Source: Pseudomonadota bacterium (GTDB taxonomy: Bacteria > Myxococcota_A > UBA796 > SXON01). From it: a stretch of DNA of 39,089 nt. The position numbers were made by a program, and so were the translations under genes. The notes beneath the pieces are model-generated. The model saw nothing but the letters and a program-made list of their open reading frames with translations. It was not told where the DNA came from and did not search any database. The stretch covers positions 1 through 39,089 of the forward strand of contig JAYVAS010000194.1 in the NCBI GenBank assembly GCA_043750895.1. The letters run 5' to 3'. Each line of letters starts with the position of its first letter. Position 1 is the first letter of the stretch. Of the stretch, positions 1-8,330 are shown one piece after another.

Positions 1-395
1 TACACCCAATAGAGATCCGAACCGACCTCGGCGATCCACCGCCCCTGGTTGAACGCGACGCTCAGCGAGTACGCCCCCTGCGTCCCCGCGTCCCAGTCGA
101 CCCGGCTCTCAAAGGCCCAATCCCCGCCGGCACGCGGGCGCACGAAAGCCGGCGATGGAAGGGCTCCGATTCCGGCGCCCGATCCCCCAAAGCCCCCGGT
201 CCCCACGGAATCGAAGATCGGGCTTGCGCCGCCCGGAACACCCTGGCCGAAGCCGCCCATGCTTCCCCAGCCCAGCGACCCGTTCAGCGCCGTCTCCACC
301 GGGGTGGCCACGGTACCCACGCCGTGCCGCGCGCTGACCGACGCGACCGCGCCGGGCGCTGAACCCAACCCGCTGTGAGAGACGGCGCTCGGCAT
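1..395 (-). CDS. hypothetical Gly/Ser-rich protein, N-terminal part only (runs off the window)
   Basis: ATG at 395-393 shares one base with the TGA of the upstream gene (TGATG). The frame stays open to position 1 with G/C-rich third positions. Translation is MPSAVSHSGLGSAPGAV...GGFGGSGAGIGALPSP...WAFESRVDWDAGTQGAYSLSVAFNQGRWIAEVGSDLYWV. It is absent from the ORF track because it is truncated. Track ORF 49..378 (+) is its Pro-rich antisense shadow. Confidence 0.55.
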   Translation of the reverse strand, partial: MPSAVSHSGLGSAPGAVASVSARHGVGTVATPVETALNGSLGWGSMGGFGQGVPGGASPIFDSVGTGGFGGSGAGIGALPSPAFVRPRAGGDWAFESRVDWDAGTQGAYSLSVAFNQGRWIAEVGSDLYWV

Positions 396-805
396 CACGC
401 GTCCACGAAGAGCTCGACCACCACGTCGCCCCGGCTGGTCGTCGCGTCCGTGCTGGAGTAGAGCACCCCGAGGCGGCAGCCGGGCTTCGTGTTGATCACG
501 CCGTTTCCGGCCACGGTGGGGTCGAAGTCCACGAAGTTCCGCACCAGGGTGGACACGTAGGCTACCCCAGTTCCGGTGGTGATGCCGATCGGCGCGTCGG
601 GAAACTCCGGATCAAGGCCGTAGGTCTGGATGCCTACCTTGAACCGGAAGTTGTTGGTCTTGTCGCAGAGGATGGTCTTCCCGCGAACGCGCGTGATCCC
701 GATGCTGGAGAGGAAGGGAGAGAGATCCAGCCAGAGATCGGTGGTCCCGGCTGATGCGACCAGTTGAAGCCGGATTCGTACAACCTGACGCTGCGCGTTT
801 GCCAT
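395..805 (-). CDS. hypothetical small beta-rich protein (136 aa), no signal peptide
   Basis: Start trimmed to ATG 805, preceded by GGGAGG plus a 5-nt spacer. The upstream 37 codons of track ORF 395..916 are Arg-rich with no RBS. Sequence is MANAQRQVVRIRLQLVASAGTTDLWLDL...DVVVELFVDA, with no motif I recognise. Third positions carry more A/T than in neighbouring genes. Confidence 0.7.
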   Translation of the reverse strand: MANAQRQVVRIRLQLVASAGTTDLWLDLSPFLSSIGITRVRGKTILCDKTNNFRFKVGIQTYGLDPEFPDAPIGITTGTGVAYVSTLVRNFVDFDPTVAGNGVINTKPGCRLGVLYSSTDATTSRGDVVVELFVDA

Positions 806-1003
806 CGTTGCCTCCCTGCGCTCATGGCCCGGCCCTGACCCGCGACGCCGCCTGGAGCGCAGCGCTCGAGGCCGCGCGTCGCGCCTACGAGGCCGCGTGC
901 ACCGCGGGAGACGCATACGCCTGCCTCGTCGTCGACGGGTTCGGATGCGGCTCCGACGATCCGGTCGGCTGCCTGATCTCCGGGGCCTGAGCCGACCGGG
1001 CCG

Positions 1004-1900
1004 CTACTCCTCCTCGGACCCGGCCTCGGCGCCCCCGGGCTCCTCCCGATCCTCCTCGAACTGGCGCCGCCGCGCCGACCAGCGGCCGCCCGCGTCGTCC
1101 GCGGGGGGCACCGGGAACTCGCCGTCCTGCTCGGCATCCCAGTCCATCCGCAGCTCGTAGAGCGCGCGATCCCAGCGGGCGAGCATCGGCGGGATGGCGA
1201 ACGGCACCGGGAAGGCCCCGGCGGCGCGGGCCGCGAGGTCGAACACGCCGTCGCTCTCGAGCGGGTCGCGGGTGTAGATGGCGACGGTCGGGCCGTGTTT
1301 GTCGAGGTGCAACAACACCACCGCGCGGGCCACCGCGAGCGCGGGACCGAGGCCGTCCGGACAGTACTTCCAGGCCGGCACGGAGTCCGGTTCGCCGTAG
1401 CCGACCAGGCGGAACAGCGCGTCGGCGACGACCTCGTTCATGGACCGTACGCCGATGAGGAAGCCGTCGGCCCGGGGGCACGCGAGCCCGTCCTTCTCGC
1501 CGGCAATCCACTGGTCGACCATCGTCCCGCTGACGGGTGCGACCCACCGGACCGCGGCCGCCGAGCGGGCCCCACCGTTGATGGCGCGCGTCCAGTCCTC
1601 TTCCAGCACCATCTCGGCGGGAAGCGCGAGGGGATCCCCGGCCTCGCAGAAGCCGAGCACCGGCTCACCGGGAAAGAGCGCCTCGAGGAGGCCGCCGGCG
1701 CTCACACCGGCGTAGGCGAAGCCCCGGTGGGCGTCCCGCGCGGAATCGTCCGAGAACACCGCGCCAGAGCAGACGGCGCGCGCCAGCCGGACCGGAGGGG
1801 TGTCGGGGATCCCCTCGATCCACCGCTCCCGCCCACGACACAAGCGCCCGGGGTGACCCGTGTCGAACTGATCATTGCAGAAGCCGAAGGCCCGAACCAT
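1004..1900 (-). CDS. hypothetical protein with acidic C-terminal tail
   Basis: 298-aa ORF with ATG at 1900, good GC3 periodicity and non-repetitive composition (MVRAFGFCNDQFDTGHPG...EPGGAEAGSEEE). It is divergent from metG. I recognise no family. Confidence 0.75.
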   Translation of the reverse strand: MVRAFGFCNDQFDTGHPGRLCRGRERWIEGIPDTPPVRLARAVCSGAVFSDDSARDAHRGFAYAGVSAGGLLEALFPGEPVLGFCEAGDPLALPAEMVLEEDWTRAINGGARSAAAVRWVAPVSGTMVDQWIAGEKDGLACPRADGFLIGVRSMNEVVADALFRLVGYGEPDSVPAWKYCPDGLGPALAVARAVVLLHLDKHGPTVAIYTRDPLESDGVFDLAARAAGAFPVPFAIPPMLARWDRALYELRMDWDAEQDGEFPVPPADDAGGRWSARRRQFEEDREEPGGAEAGSEEE

Positions 1901-1959
1901 GCCGCGCGGCTACCGCGTGGGGGGTCAGAAAGCAAGCGGCGCGATAGCAACCCGCCGCC

Positions 1960-3933
1960 ATGGCGTCCTTCTACATCACCACCCCGATCTACTATGTGAA
2001 CGACGCGCCCCACATCGGCCACGTCTACACCACCACCCTCGCGGACGTCTCCGCGCGATGGCACCGGCTGCGCGGGGACGACGTGTGGTTCTCCACCGGC
2101 ACCGACGAGCACGGGCAGAAGGTCTCGCAGGCGGCCGCGCGACTGGGTCGGACCCCCGCGGAGCACGTGGACATCACCCACCTGCGCTTCAAGGAGGCCT
2201 TCGCCGCGATCGGGATCGCCCCCGACGATTTCGTGCGGACCACCGAGCCGCGCCACGCCCACGTGGTGAGCCACCTCCTGTCGCTGCTCCACCAGAAGGG
2301 CGAGCTCTACGCCGCCGACTACAGCGGGTGGTACTCCACCTCCGCCGAACGGTTCTGGTCGGACGAGGAGGTCGCCGCGGCGTCGAAGGGCACGGTCGAG
2401 GAGCTGAAGGCCGGGAAGTTGTCGCCCGTCTGCCCCGACACCGGGGCCCCGGTCGAGTGGGTCACCGAGAAGAACTGGTTCTTCAAGATGTCCGCCTACC
2501 AGGAGCGGTTGATCGACTGGATCCAGGCGCATCCCACCTGCATCCAGCCCGACAGTCGCCGAAACGAAGTGCTGGGCTACCTCCGCAAGCCGCTGGGCGA
2601 CCTCTGCATCTCCCGGCCGAAAGCGCGGCTCCCGTGGGGCATCCCCCTGCCGTTCGACCCCGAGTACGTCACGTACGTCTGGTTCGACGCGCTCAGCAAC
2701 TACCTGACCACCCTCGGCTACCCCGACGGCCCGCGCTTCCCGACCCACTGGCCGACGGCGGTCCACATGATGGGGAAGGACATCCTGACCTTCCACACGG
2801 TCTACTGGTTCTCGATGCTCCTCGCGGCCGACATCCCGCCGCCGCGCCAGGTGATCGCCCACGGGTGGTGGCTCAAGCGCGGCACCAAGATGTCCAAGTC
2901 GATCGGCAACGTGGTCCGGCTCGAGGACTACCTGCCGACCTTCGGTCCCGACGCGCTCCGCTACTACCTGCTGCGGGAGAGCCCGATGGGCGCGGACGGG
3001 GAGTGGAACGACGAAGCCCTGTACCTGCGCTACAACGCCGACCTCGCCAACGACTTCGGCAACCTCGCACACCGCTCCTTGTCGATGACCGAGAAGTGGC
3101 TCGGAGGGTCCCTCCCCGGCGCCGGGCCCGCCGAGGGCACCGACGGCGAGTTGGCCGCGACCGCCGCCCGCGCCGTCGCCGGCTACGCCGAGGGGATGGA
3201 CGCCTTCCAGTACCGCGCCGCGCTCGACGCCCTGTGGGAGCTGGTCCGCGCCGGGAACAAGTACGTCGACACCGAGGCCCCCTGGGCCCTCAACAAGGTC
3301 GGGAACGTGGCCCGACTCGGCGTGGTCCTCCACAACGTCGCCGAGGTGTGCCGGATCGTCGCCTCCCTCCTCACCCCGGTCATGCCCGGCAAGGCCGCCG
3401 AGCTGCTCGACCGCCTCGGCCTGACCGGCCCCGACCTCTCCCCCGCCTTCGACCGCATCCCCCCGAGCACCCGCGTGCAGGCGCGCGACCCCCTCTTCCC
3501 CCGTCTGGAGCTCCCCGTGCCCACCGAAGTCCCGCCGCCGCCCGCGGCCCCCATCGCCGCGCCGGTCACCACCGCGCCGGTCGCCACCGAGACCCCCGCA
3601 CTCCCCGCCGAGATCACCTACGACGACTTCGCGAAGCTCGCGCTCCGCATCGGCCTGGTCCTCTCGGCCGAGCGTCACCCGAACGCAGACAAGCTGCTCG
3701 TCCTCAAGGTGGACGTGGGCGAGCCCGAGCCGCGCACCATCGTGGCCGGCATCGCCGCGGCGTACGCCCCGGAGGACCTCGTCGGGAAAACCATCACCGT
3801 GGTGGCGAACCTCAAGCCGGTGAAGCTGCGCGGCATCGTCAGCCAGGGGATGCTGCTCGCGGCCGGAGGCGCCGACGTGGCCGCCCTCCTCTCCCCCATC
3901 AAGCCCGTGCCCCCGGGCACGATCGTCAAGTAG
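1960..3933 (+). CDS. metG: methionine--tRNA ligase
   Basis: Class I motifs are present: HIGH-type APHIGH near the N-terminus and KMSKS (GTKMSKSIGN). The C-terminal tRNA-binding (Trbp111/EMAP-like) domain reads ...HPNADKLLVLKVDVGEPEPRTIVAGI...ANLKPVKLRGIVSQGMLLAA. Length is 657 aa. Confidence 0.97.
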   Translation: MASFYITTPIYYVNDAPHIGHVYTTTLADVSARWHRLRGDDVWFSTGTDEHGQKVSQAAARLGRTPAEHVDITHLRFKEAFAAIGIAPDDFVRTTEPRHAHVVSHLLSLLHQKGELYAADYSGWYSTSAERFWSDEEVAAASKGTVEELKAGKLSPVCPDTGAPVEWVTEKNWFFKMSAYQERLIDWIQAHPTCIQPDSRRNEVLGYLRKPLGDLCISRPKARLPWGIPLPFDPEYVTYVWFDALSNYLTTLGYPDGPRFPTHWPTAVHMMGKDILTFHTVYWFSMLLAADIPPPRQVIAHGWWLKRGTKMSKSIGNVVRLEDYLPTFGPDALRYYLLRESPMGADGEWNDEALYLRYNADLANDFGNLAHRSLSMTEKWLGGSLPGAGPAEGTDGELAATAARAVAGYAEGMDAFQYRAALDALWELVRAGNKYVDTEAPWALNKVGNVARLGVVLHNVAEVCRIVASLLTPVMPGKAAELLDRLGLTGPDLSPAFDRIPPSTRVQARDPLFPRLELPVPTEVPPPPAAPIAAPVTTAPVATETPALPAEITYDDFAKLALRIGLVLSAERHPNADKLLVLKVDVGEPEPRTIVAGIAAAYAPEDLVGKTITVVANLKPVKLRGIVSQGMLLAAGGADVAALLSPIKPVPPGTIVK

Positions 3934-4018
3934 TCACTCGCCACCACGAAACGTGTTTCTCCGTCACACGACGGCGACAACTGGCGTTATCATCAGCACC
4001 GTTCGGAGCACTCCAGGC

Positions 4019-5626
4019 ATGCGCACCTCCCTTCTCGTCGCCCTCGCCCTCGTCGGCTGCTCAGAGAACAGCCTCGTCTCGGGCGACAAGAACATCACCG
4101 ATCCCGACGCCGGGAACGCGCCGGACATCGAGGTCTCCCCCGGCTCCATCGACTTCGGCGACGTCGCGGTGGGCGACCCCTCGGTCTCGGAGACGGTCAC
4201 CGTCACCAACGTCGGGGACGCCTCGCTCCAGATCTCGAACGTCGCCCTCGAGGAGACGGCCGGGATGCCCTACACCATCTCTGCGGTCGGCTCCGTGCTG
4301 CTCGCGCCTGGGGATGCGACCACCTTCGCGGTGACCTTCGCCCCCGACACCGCCGCCGACTGGACCACCAACGTCCTGATCAGCTCGAACGACCCGGACG
4401 AGCCGGTGGTTCCGGTCGCTCTCACGGCCACGGGCATCGCGCCCGCCATCCAGGTGGACCCCGAGAACTACGACTTCGGCACGCTCTACATCGGCTGCGT
4501 CGCCGAAGCGCCGATCACCCTCACCAACGTCGGGAACGCCGACCTGGTGATCTCCGGCTTCAACTACGTCACCGCCTCGGTCACCGAGATGACGGTGGCC
4601 GTGGACGAGACGGTGAACGGCCCGCTGCCGTGGACGCTCCCCCCGGGCAGCTCCACCCAGGTCTCGGCGCTCTACGAGCCCCTCGATTCGTACGATGACG
4701 AGGGCTACCTCACCATCTCCTCGAACGACCCGCTGCGCCCCGACGCGCAGGCCCACCAGACCGCTTCGGGCGACCTCTACGGCGAGAACCTCGACCTGTT
4801 CGAGCAGCCCATCAAGGGCCTGACCGACATCATCTTCACCGTGGACTGGTCCTGCTCGATGGCGGACGACATCTCCCGGGTGCAGGACAACTTCGACGTC
4901 TTCGTGGCCACCCTCGCCACCCTGGACGCCGACTACCAGGTCTCCGCCGTGGTCACCGACGACGGCTGCACCCTCGGCGACGACATCGTCCTCAACGCGA
5001 CCATGAGCCCGGACGACCAGCAGACGGTCTTCGACACGCTGCTCGGCAGCTCGATGAACGCGGGCTCCTACACCGAGAGCGGCTTCACCATCATCGAGGC
5101 CGCCACCACCGAAGACAACCGGGGCTCGGGCGGCTGCAACGAGGACATCGTCCGCGACGATGCCACCCTCGCGGTGGTCGGCGTCACCGACGAGGTCGAG
5201 CAGTCGGCCAACCCGTGGTCGTACTACACGGCGCTGTACCAGGGCCTCAAGCGCGACCCGGACGACCTCATCATCCACGCGATCGCGGGCGACTACCCCT
5301 CCGGCTGCGGCGGCAACGAGCCCGGGCGCGGCTGGTACGAGGCCTCGGTCGCCACCGGCGGTCTGTTCCTCTCGATCTGCGCGGAAGACTGGGCGAGTCA
5401 CCTCGAGGCGCTCGCCGAGGGCTCCGCGAGCGACCTCTCCAGCTTCGAGCTGACCCAGTGGCCGGTCCCCGCGACCGTCACCGTCCAGATCGACGGCGTG
5501 CCCAGCACCACCGGCTGGACGTACAACGCCACCGACAACTCGGTCGACTTCGACGAAGACCACGTGCCGCTCGGCGGGTCCACGATCGAGGTTCAGTACG
5601 CCTTGTTCGGCGACTGCGACGGGTAG
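4019..5626 (+). CDS. lipoprotein with Ig-like (DUF1573/ASH/choice-of-anchor D type) repeats and a vWA-like domain
   Basis: Start moved to ATG 4019 (MRTSLLVALALVGC, lipobox). Repeats are IDFGDVAVG..VTVTNVGDASLQISNV and YDFGTLYIG..ITLTNVGNADLVISG. A MIDAS-like DxSxS (DWSCS) follows, with vWA-like downstream sequence. Confidence 0.85.
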   Translation: MRTSLLVALALVGCSENSLVSGDKNITDPDAGNAPDIEVSPGSIDFGDVAVGDPSVSETVTVTNVGDASLQISNVALEETAGMPYTISAVGSVLLAPGDATTFAVTFAPDTAADWTTNVLISSNDPDEPVVPVALTATGIAPAIQVDPENYDFGTLYIGCVAEAPITLTNVGNADLVISGFNYVTASVTEMTVAVDETVNGPLPWTLPPGSSTQVSALYEPLDSYDDEGYLTISSNDPLRPDAQAHQTASGDLYGENLDLFEQPIKGLTDIIFTVDWSCSMADDISRVQDNFDVFVATLATLDADYQVSAVVTDDGCTLGDDIVLNATMSPDDQQTVFDTLLGSSMNAGSYTESGFTIIEAATTEDNRGSGGCNEDIVRDDATLAVVGVTDEVEQSANPWSYYTALYQGLKRDPDDLIIHAIAGDYPSGCGGNEPGRGWYEASVATGGLFLSICAEDWASHLEALAEGSASDLSSFELTQWPVPATVTVQIDGVPSTTGWTYNATDNSVDFDEDHVPLGGSTIEVQYALFGDCDG

Positions 5627-5640
5627 CGCGGCCGCGCACG

Positions 5641-5683
5641 AACGAAGGCCCGGCAGGAGCAGTCCTGTCGGGCCTTCTTCGTT
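5641..5683. terminator. bidirectional intrinsic-terminator-like hairpin between convergent genes
   Basis: GAAGGCCCGGCAGGA-GCAG-TCCTGTCGGGCCTTC gives a 15-bp stem with one G-U (5644-5658 / 5663-5677) and a 4-nt loop. T-containing tails lie on both strands. It sits between the stops at 5626 (+) and 5733 (-). Confidence 0.6.
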
Positions 5684-5732
5684 GGCGCTCGCGGCGGCTA
5701 CGCCCCCCGAACGAGAGGCGCGGCAATCCGGG

Positions 5733-7052
5733 CTAGAAGTACCGGTTGACCCCGAGGTTGGCCTGGGTGGCGCCCTGGCGCATGAGGTCCTCGCCGCCGT
5801 CGTTGAGGTAGCCGATGCCGCGCAGGTCCCCGTTCACCGACCAGTTCTTGCCGATGCCGAGCTCCAGGCCCACGCCCAGGTGCGGCCCCCACACCGGGTG
5901 GTCGTTGTCGACGAAGGCCTGCCCGATGTCGTCCTGGACGTTGCGGTTGGTGTAGGTCACGCCCGCCAGCACGTAGGGGTTGAAGCGCGTCCAGGGGAAC
6001 GCGAACAACTGCACAGAGGCAGACAGCGGCTGGTCGATCCGCGCGGTGGACGCGTCCCAGGACTGGTCGTGGTACGACCATTGCAGCTCCAGGCCGAGCG
6101 CATCCGCCGGCCGGTACCGCACGGCGAGCCCCATGCCGAAGTCGCTGTAGGCGGCCCCGTTGGTGTAGCCCGAGGCGTAGGTGCCGCCACGGGCGCCGAC
6201 CGCCCACGTGTCGTCCCGGTCGATGACCCGCTTGGGGCCCTTCTCGACCACCTCCGCGCTCTGCCGCGCGTAGGGCGGCGGGCCGTAGACGAAGACGCCG
6301 TGGTACCAGTAGCGGGGGTACCCGGGGTACCAGACCACGGGGCCACGGTAGGCCCAGAACCGCGCCGGGTGGGCGCCTCGATAGGCCCGTGCCCACGCCT
6401 GGTGGTGCGCCGCCGCCGCGGCATGCCCGCCGGGGCGCGCGCCGTGGTGCGCGGCCGCCGCCTGGTGGTGCGCGGCCGCGGTGTTGGCCGCGTGAGAGCC
6501 GGAAGGAGGGGGGCCCCGATGGCCCGGAGGGGGCGCGCCGTGGGCGGCGGCCGGGGGCGGGCGGAGGTTCGCGGGCATCGGCCGCGGGGCGCTTCGACCG
6601 GGGCTCGCGGCCGGCCCGGGACCGGTCGGGCTGCGCGGCGCGCCCGCGGAGATGGTCCGGCTCGGAGCTTGGGCGGGGCCATGGTCGGCCGGACGGGCGC
6701 CAGCCGGACCGCTGGGGCGATTCTCGGCCGGGCGCTCGGGACCACGGTCGGCTTCGCCGCGAGCGCTCGACGGCTCTCTGGACTCGGGCTTGGCATCGCC
6801 GCCGCGGCCATCCGCAGGCGCCCCGCCGTCGCGCGTGGTGGACGGAGGCTTCGCGCTCGAACCCCCAGAGCCGCCGCGCTGAGACGACCCCTTGCCCGCC
6901 TTCTCCCGACGGCCGCCGCCAGCGCCGTCCTTCTTGGCGGCCGCCTCTTCGCGGGCAGGACGCGCCACATCCGGCGCCGAGACGTCGGGCCCACCGGCAA
7001 ACGCCGCGTTGGAAGCCAGAAGAACCAAAGAAACCACGAGGTGTCCGACCAT
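5733..7052 (-). CDS. outer-membrane beta-barrel protein with long disordered N-terminal region
   Basis: Signal peptide MVGHLVVSLVLLASNAAFA|GG. About 210 aa of Pro/Gly/Ala/Arg/His-rich low complexity follow. The C-terminal ~190 aa has alternating beta-strand pattern and ends ...LGVNRYF (terminal Phe typical of OMPs). GGAGG RBS lies 4 nt upstream of ATG 7052. Confidence 0.85.
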   Translation of the reverse strand: MVGHLVVSLVLLASNAAFAGGPDVSAPDVARPAREEAAAKKDGAGGGRREKAGKGSSQRGGSGGSSAKPPSTTRDGGAPADGRGGDAKPESREPSSARGEADRGPERPAENRPSGPAGARPADHGPAQAPSRTISAGAPRSPTGPGPAASPGRSAPRPMPANLRPPPAAAHGAPPPGHRGPPPSGSHAANTAAAHHQAAAAHHGARPGGHAAAAAHHQAWARAYRGAHPARFWAYRGPVVWYPGYPRYWYHGVFVYGPPPYARQSAEVVEKGPKRVIDRDDTWAVGARGGTYASGYTNGAAYSDFGMGLAVRYRPADALGLELQWSYHDQSWDASTARIDQPLSASVQLFAFPWTRFNPYVLAGVTYTNRNVQDDIGQAFVDNDHPVWGPHLGVGLELGIGKNWSVNGDLRGIGYLNDGGEDLMRQGATQANLGVNRYF

Positions 7053-7190
7053 GCGACCTCCTTCGGAGGAAAAACGCGTACCGCCGTTCGACGTTCGAGG
7101 AAGCAGCTTATTCGCGCCGGTGTCTCTTCGGGCGGATTTCCGCGCCTGCCCCCCGGCGGTTACACGCCGCCGCTATTGATGGAGTCACGC

Positions 7191-8315
7191 ATGTGGGCCT
7201 TGTTCATCCACGCCTCTCTCGCCGCACCCTGCGACCCTGCGCCCATCCAGGCCGCCTTCGCCGACATCAGCCCCACCGCGGGCGGAGACAAGTACGTGGA
7301 GCTGGTGGCCTGCGATGCGGCCGCCGCCAAGGCGTTCGCGCCCGAAGCGTTCAAGAAGATCATCGCGGGCACCGGCGGAGACGCCGCGGCGATCGCCGCC
7401 ATCAAGGTCGGCGCGGGCGCCACCGTGCTCACATGGGTCAGCGCCCTCGAGCCCGACGACCGGGGCCCCACCCTGGCCCGCCTCGGGGACGGATGCGCCG
7501 CGCCCGAAGTCGCCACGTTCTTCGTCGACGCCGAGAAGTCCCTGGGCGACAACTTCTACCGCGGCCGCTGGTGGGCCGGCCTCGACTCCTGCCGCGTCGA
7601 GCCCGTGCAGCAGCTCCTCGCCACCGCGCTCAGCTCCCGCCGCAAGGACCGGACGCTGTTCGGGGCGCTGCTCGGGGTCTACGCCCGAAATCTGGGCGGG
7701 AAGGCCGTCCCCATGCTGACCGAGCTCATCACGGGAGAGACCGATCCCGCCGTGGTGATCGACATCGTCGACGCGTTCAGCGACGCGGCGGGGGTGGGGG
7801 ACCCCGGGGGCATCAATCCGGCCGCCGCCGAGGCTGCCGCGGCCGCGCTTCGCACGCTCGCGCCCACCCTCCCGGACAAGTCCGCGGACCAGACCCGCAA
7901 GACCTTCCTCTCCCTCAACGACGAGCTCGAGGCCGACAAGCAGGTCGCCGTGCGGTACCGCTCCATCCTCCAGCCGAAAGGTGGGCTGCTCTACGGGGTG
8001 GTGGGGGTCGAGGTGGCGGTCTGCAAGAAGGGGGACACCCGCGTGGAGGTCCACCACGCCCAGGTCCTGGATACCGGCCACACCTGGCCCGACCAGGTCG
8101 CCGAGCGCACCGACGCCAACGCCCGCTCCGCCTTCGCCTTCGAGCTCGCCGCGGATTGTAAGGGTACGAGCAAGATCACCATGACCTACCCCGAGGCGCC
8201 GTTCAAGGACGCTGCCGCGTACACCGCCTGGTTGAACGCCCGGCTGAACGAGGTGCGCACCGCGAATCCCGGGGTAGATGTAAAGGTACTGCCCGCGACG
8301 CCCATCTCCATCTGA
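7191..8315 (+). CDS. hypothetical secreted protein
   Basis: Only the last 375 codons of track ORF 5682..8315 have sensible composition. The upstream part is antisense to the OMP gene. ATG 7191 is preceded by GGAG plus 6 nt, and ATG 7179 is an alternative. The N-terminus MWALFIHASLAAPC is hydrophobic. The central part may be HEAT-like (LGGKAVPMLTELITGETDPAVVIDIVDAF). Confidence 0.72.
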   Translation: MWALFIHASLAAPCDPAPIQAAFADISPTAGGDKYVELVACDAAAAKAFAPEAFKKIIAGTGGDAAAIAAIKVGAGATVLTWVSALEPDDRGPTLARLGDGCAAPEVATFFVDAEKSLGDNFYRGRWWAGLDSCRVEPVQQLLATALSSRRKDRTLFGALLGVYARNLGGKAVPMLTELITGETDPAVVIDIVDAFSDAAGVGDPGGINPAAAEAAAAALRTLAPTLPDKSADQTRKTFLSLNDELEADKQVAVRYRSILQPKGGLLYGVVGVEVAVCKKGDTRVEVHHAQVLDTGHTWPDQVAERTDANARSAFAFELAADCKGTSKITMTYPEAPFKDAAAYTAWLNARLNEVRTANPGVDVKVLPATPISI

Positions 8316-8330
8316 CCGGAGGTCGTCCCC

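Noticed and set aside
49-378. 109-aa + strand ORF at the left edge
   Set aside because: It is a Pro-rich shadow. The complementary strand carries a frame with better third-position bias and a start coupled to the upstream gene.
1702-3678. 658-aa ORF antisense to metG, and similar giants: 4061..5563(-), 7185..10034(-), 20167..23991(-), 22563..25055(+), 25312..27039(+), 26996..28813(-), 27040..29979(+) upstream part, 32413..34725(+), 33839..35614(-), 36807..38765(-)
   Set aside because: The translations are Arg/Gly/Pro/Asp/His-rich with no domain signatures. Each lies opposite or out of frame to a gene with clear motifs. Long stop-free shadow frames are expected at about 70% GC.
5682-7190. N-terminal 500 codons of the 877-aa track ORF 5682..8315
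   Set aside because: This part is antisense to the OMP gene and has low-complexity Arg/Ala/Gly composition. Sensible sequence with an RBS begins only at 7179/7191.
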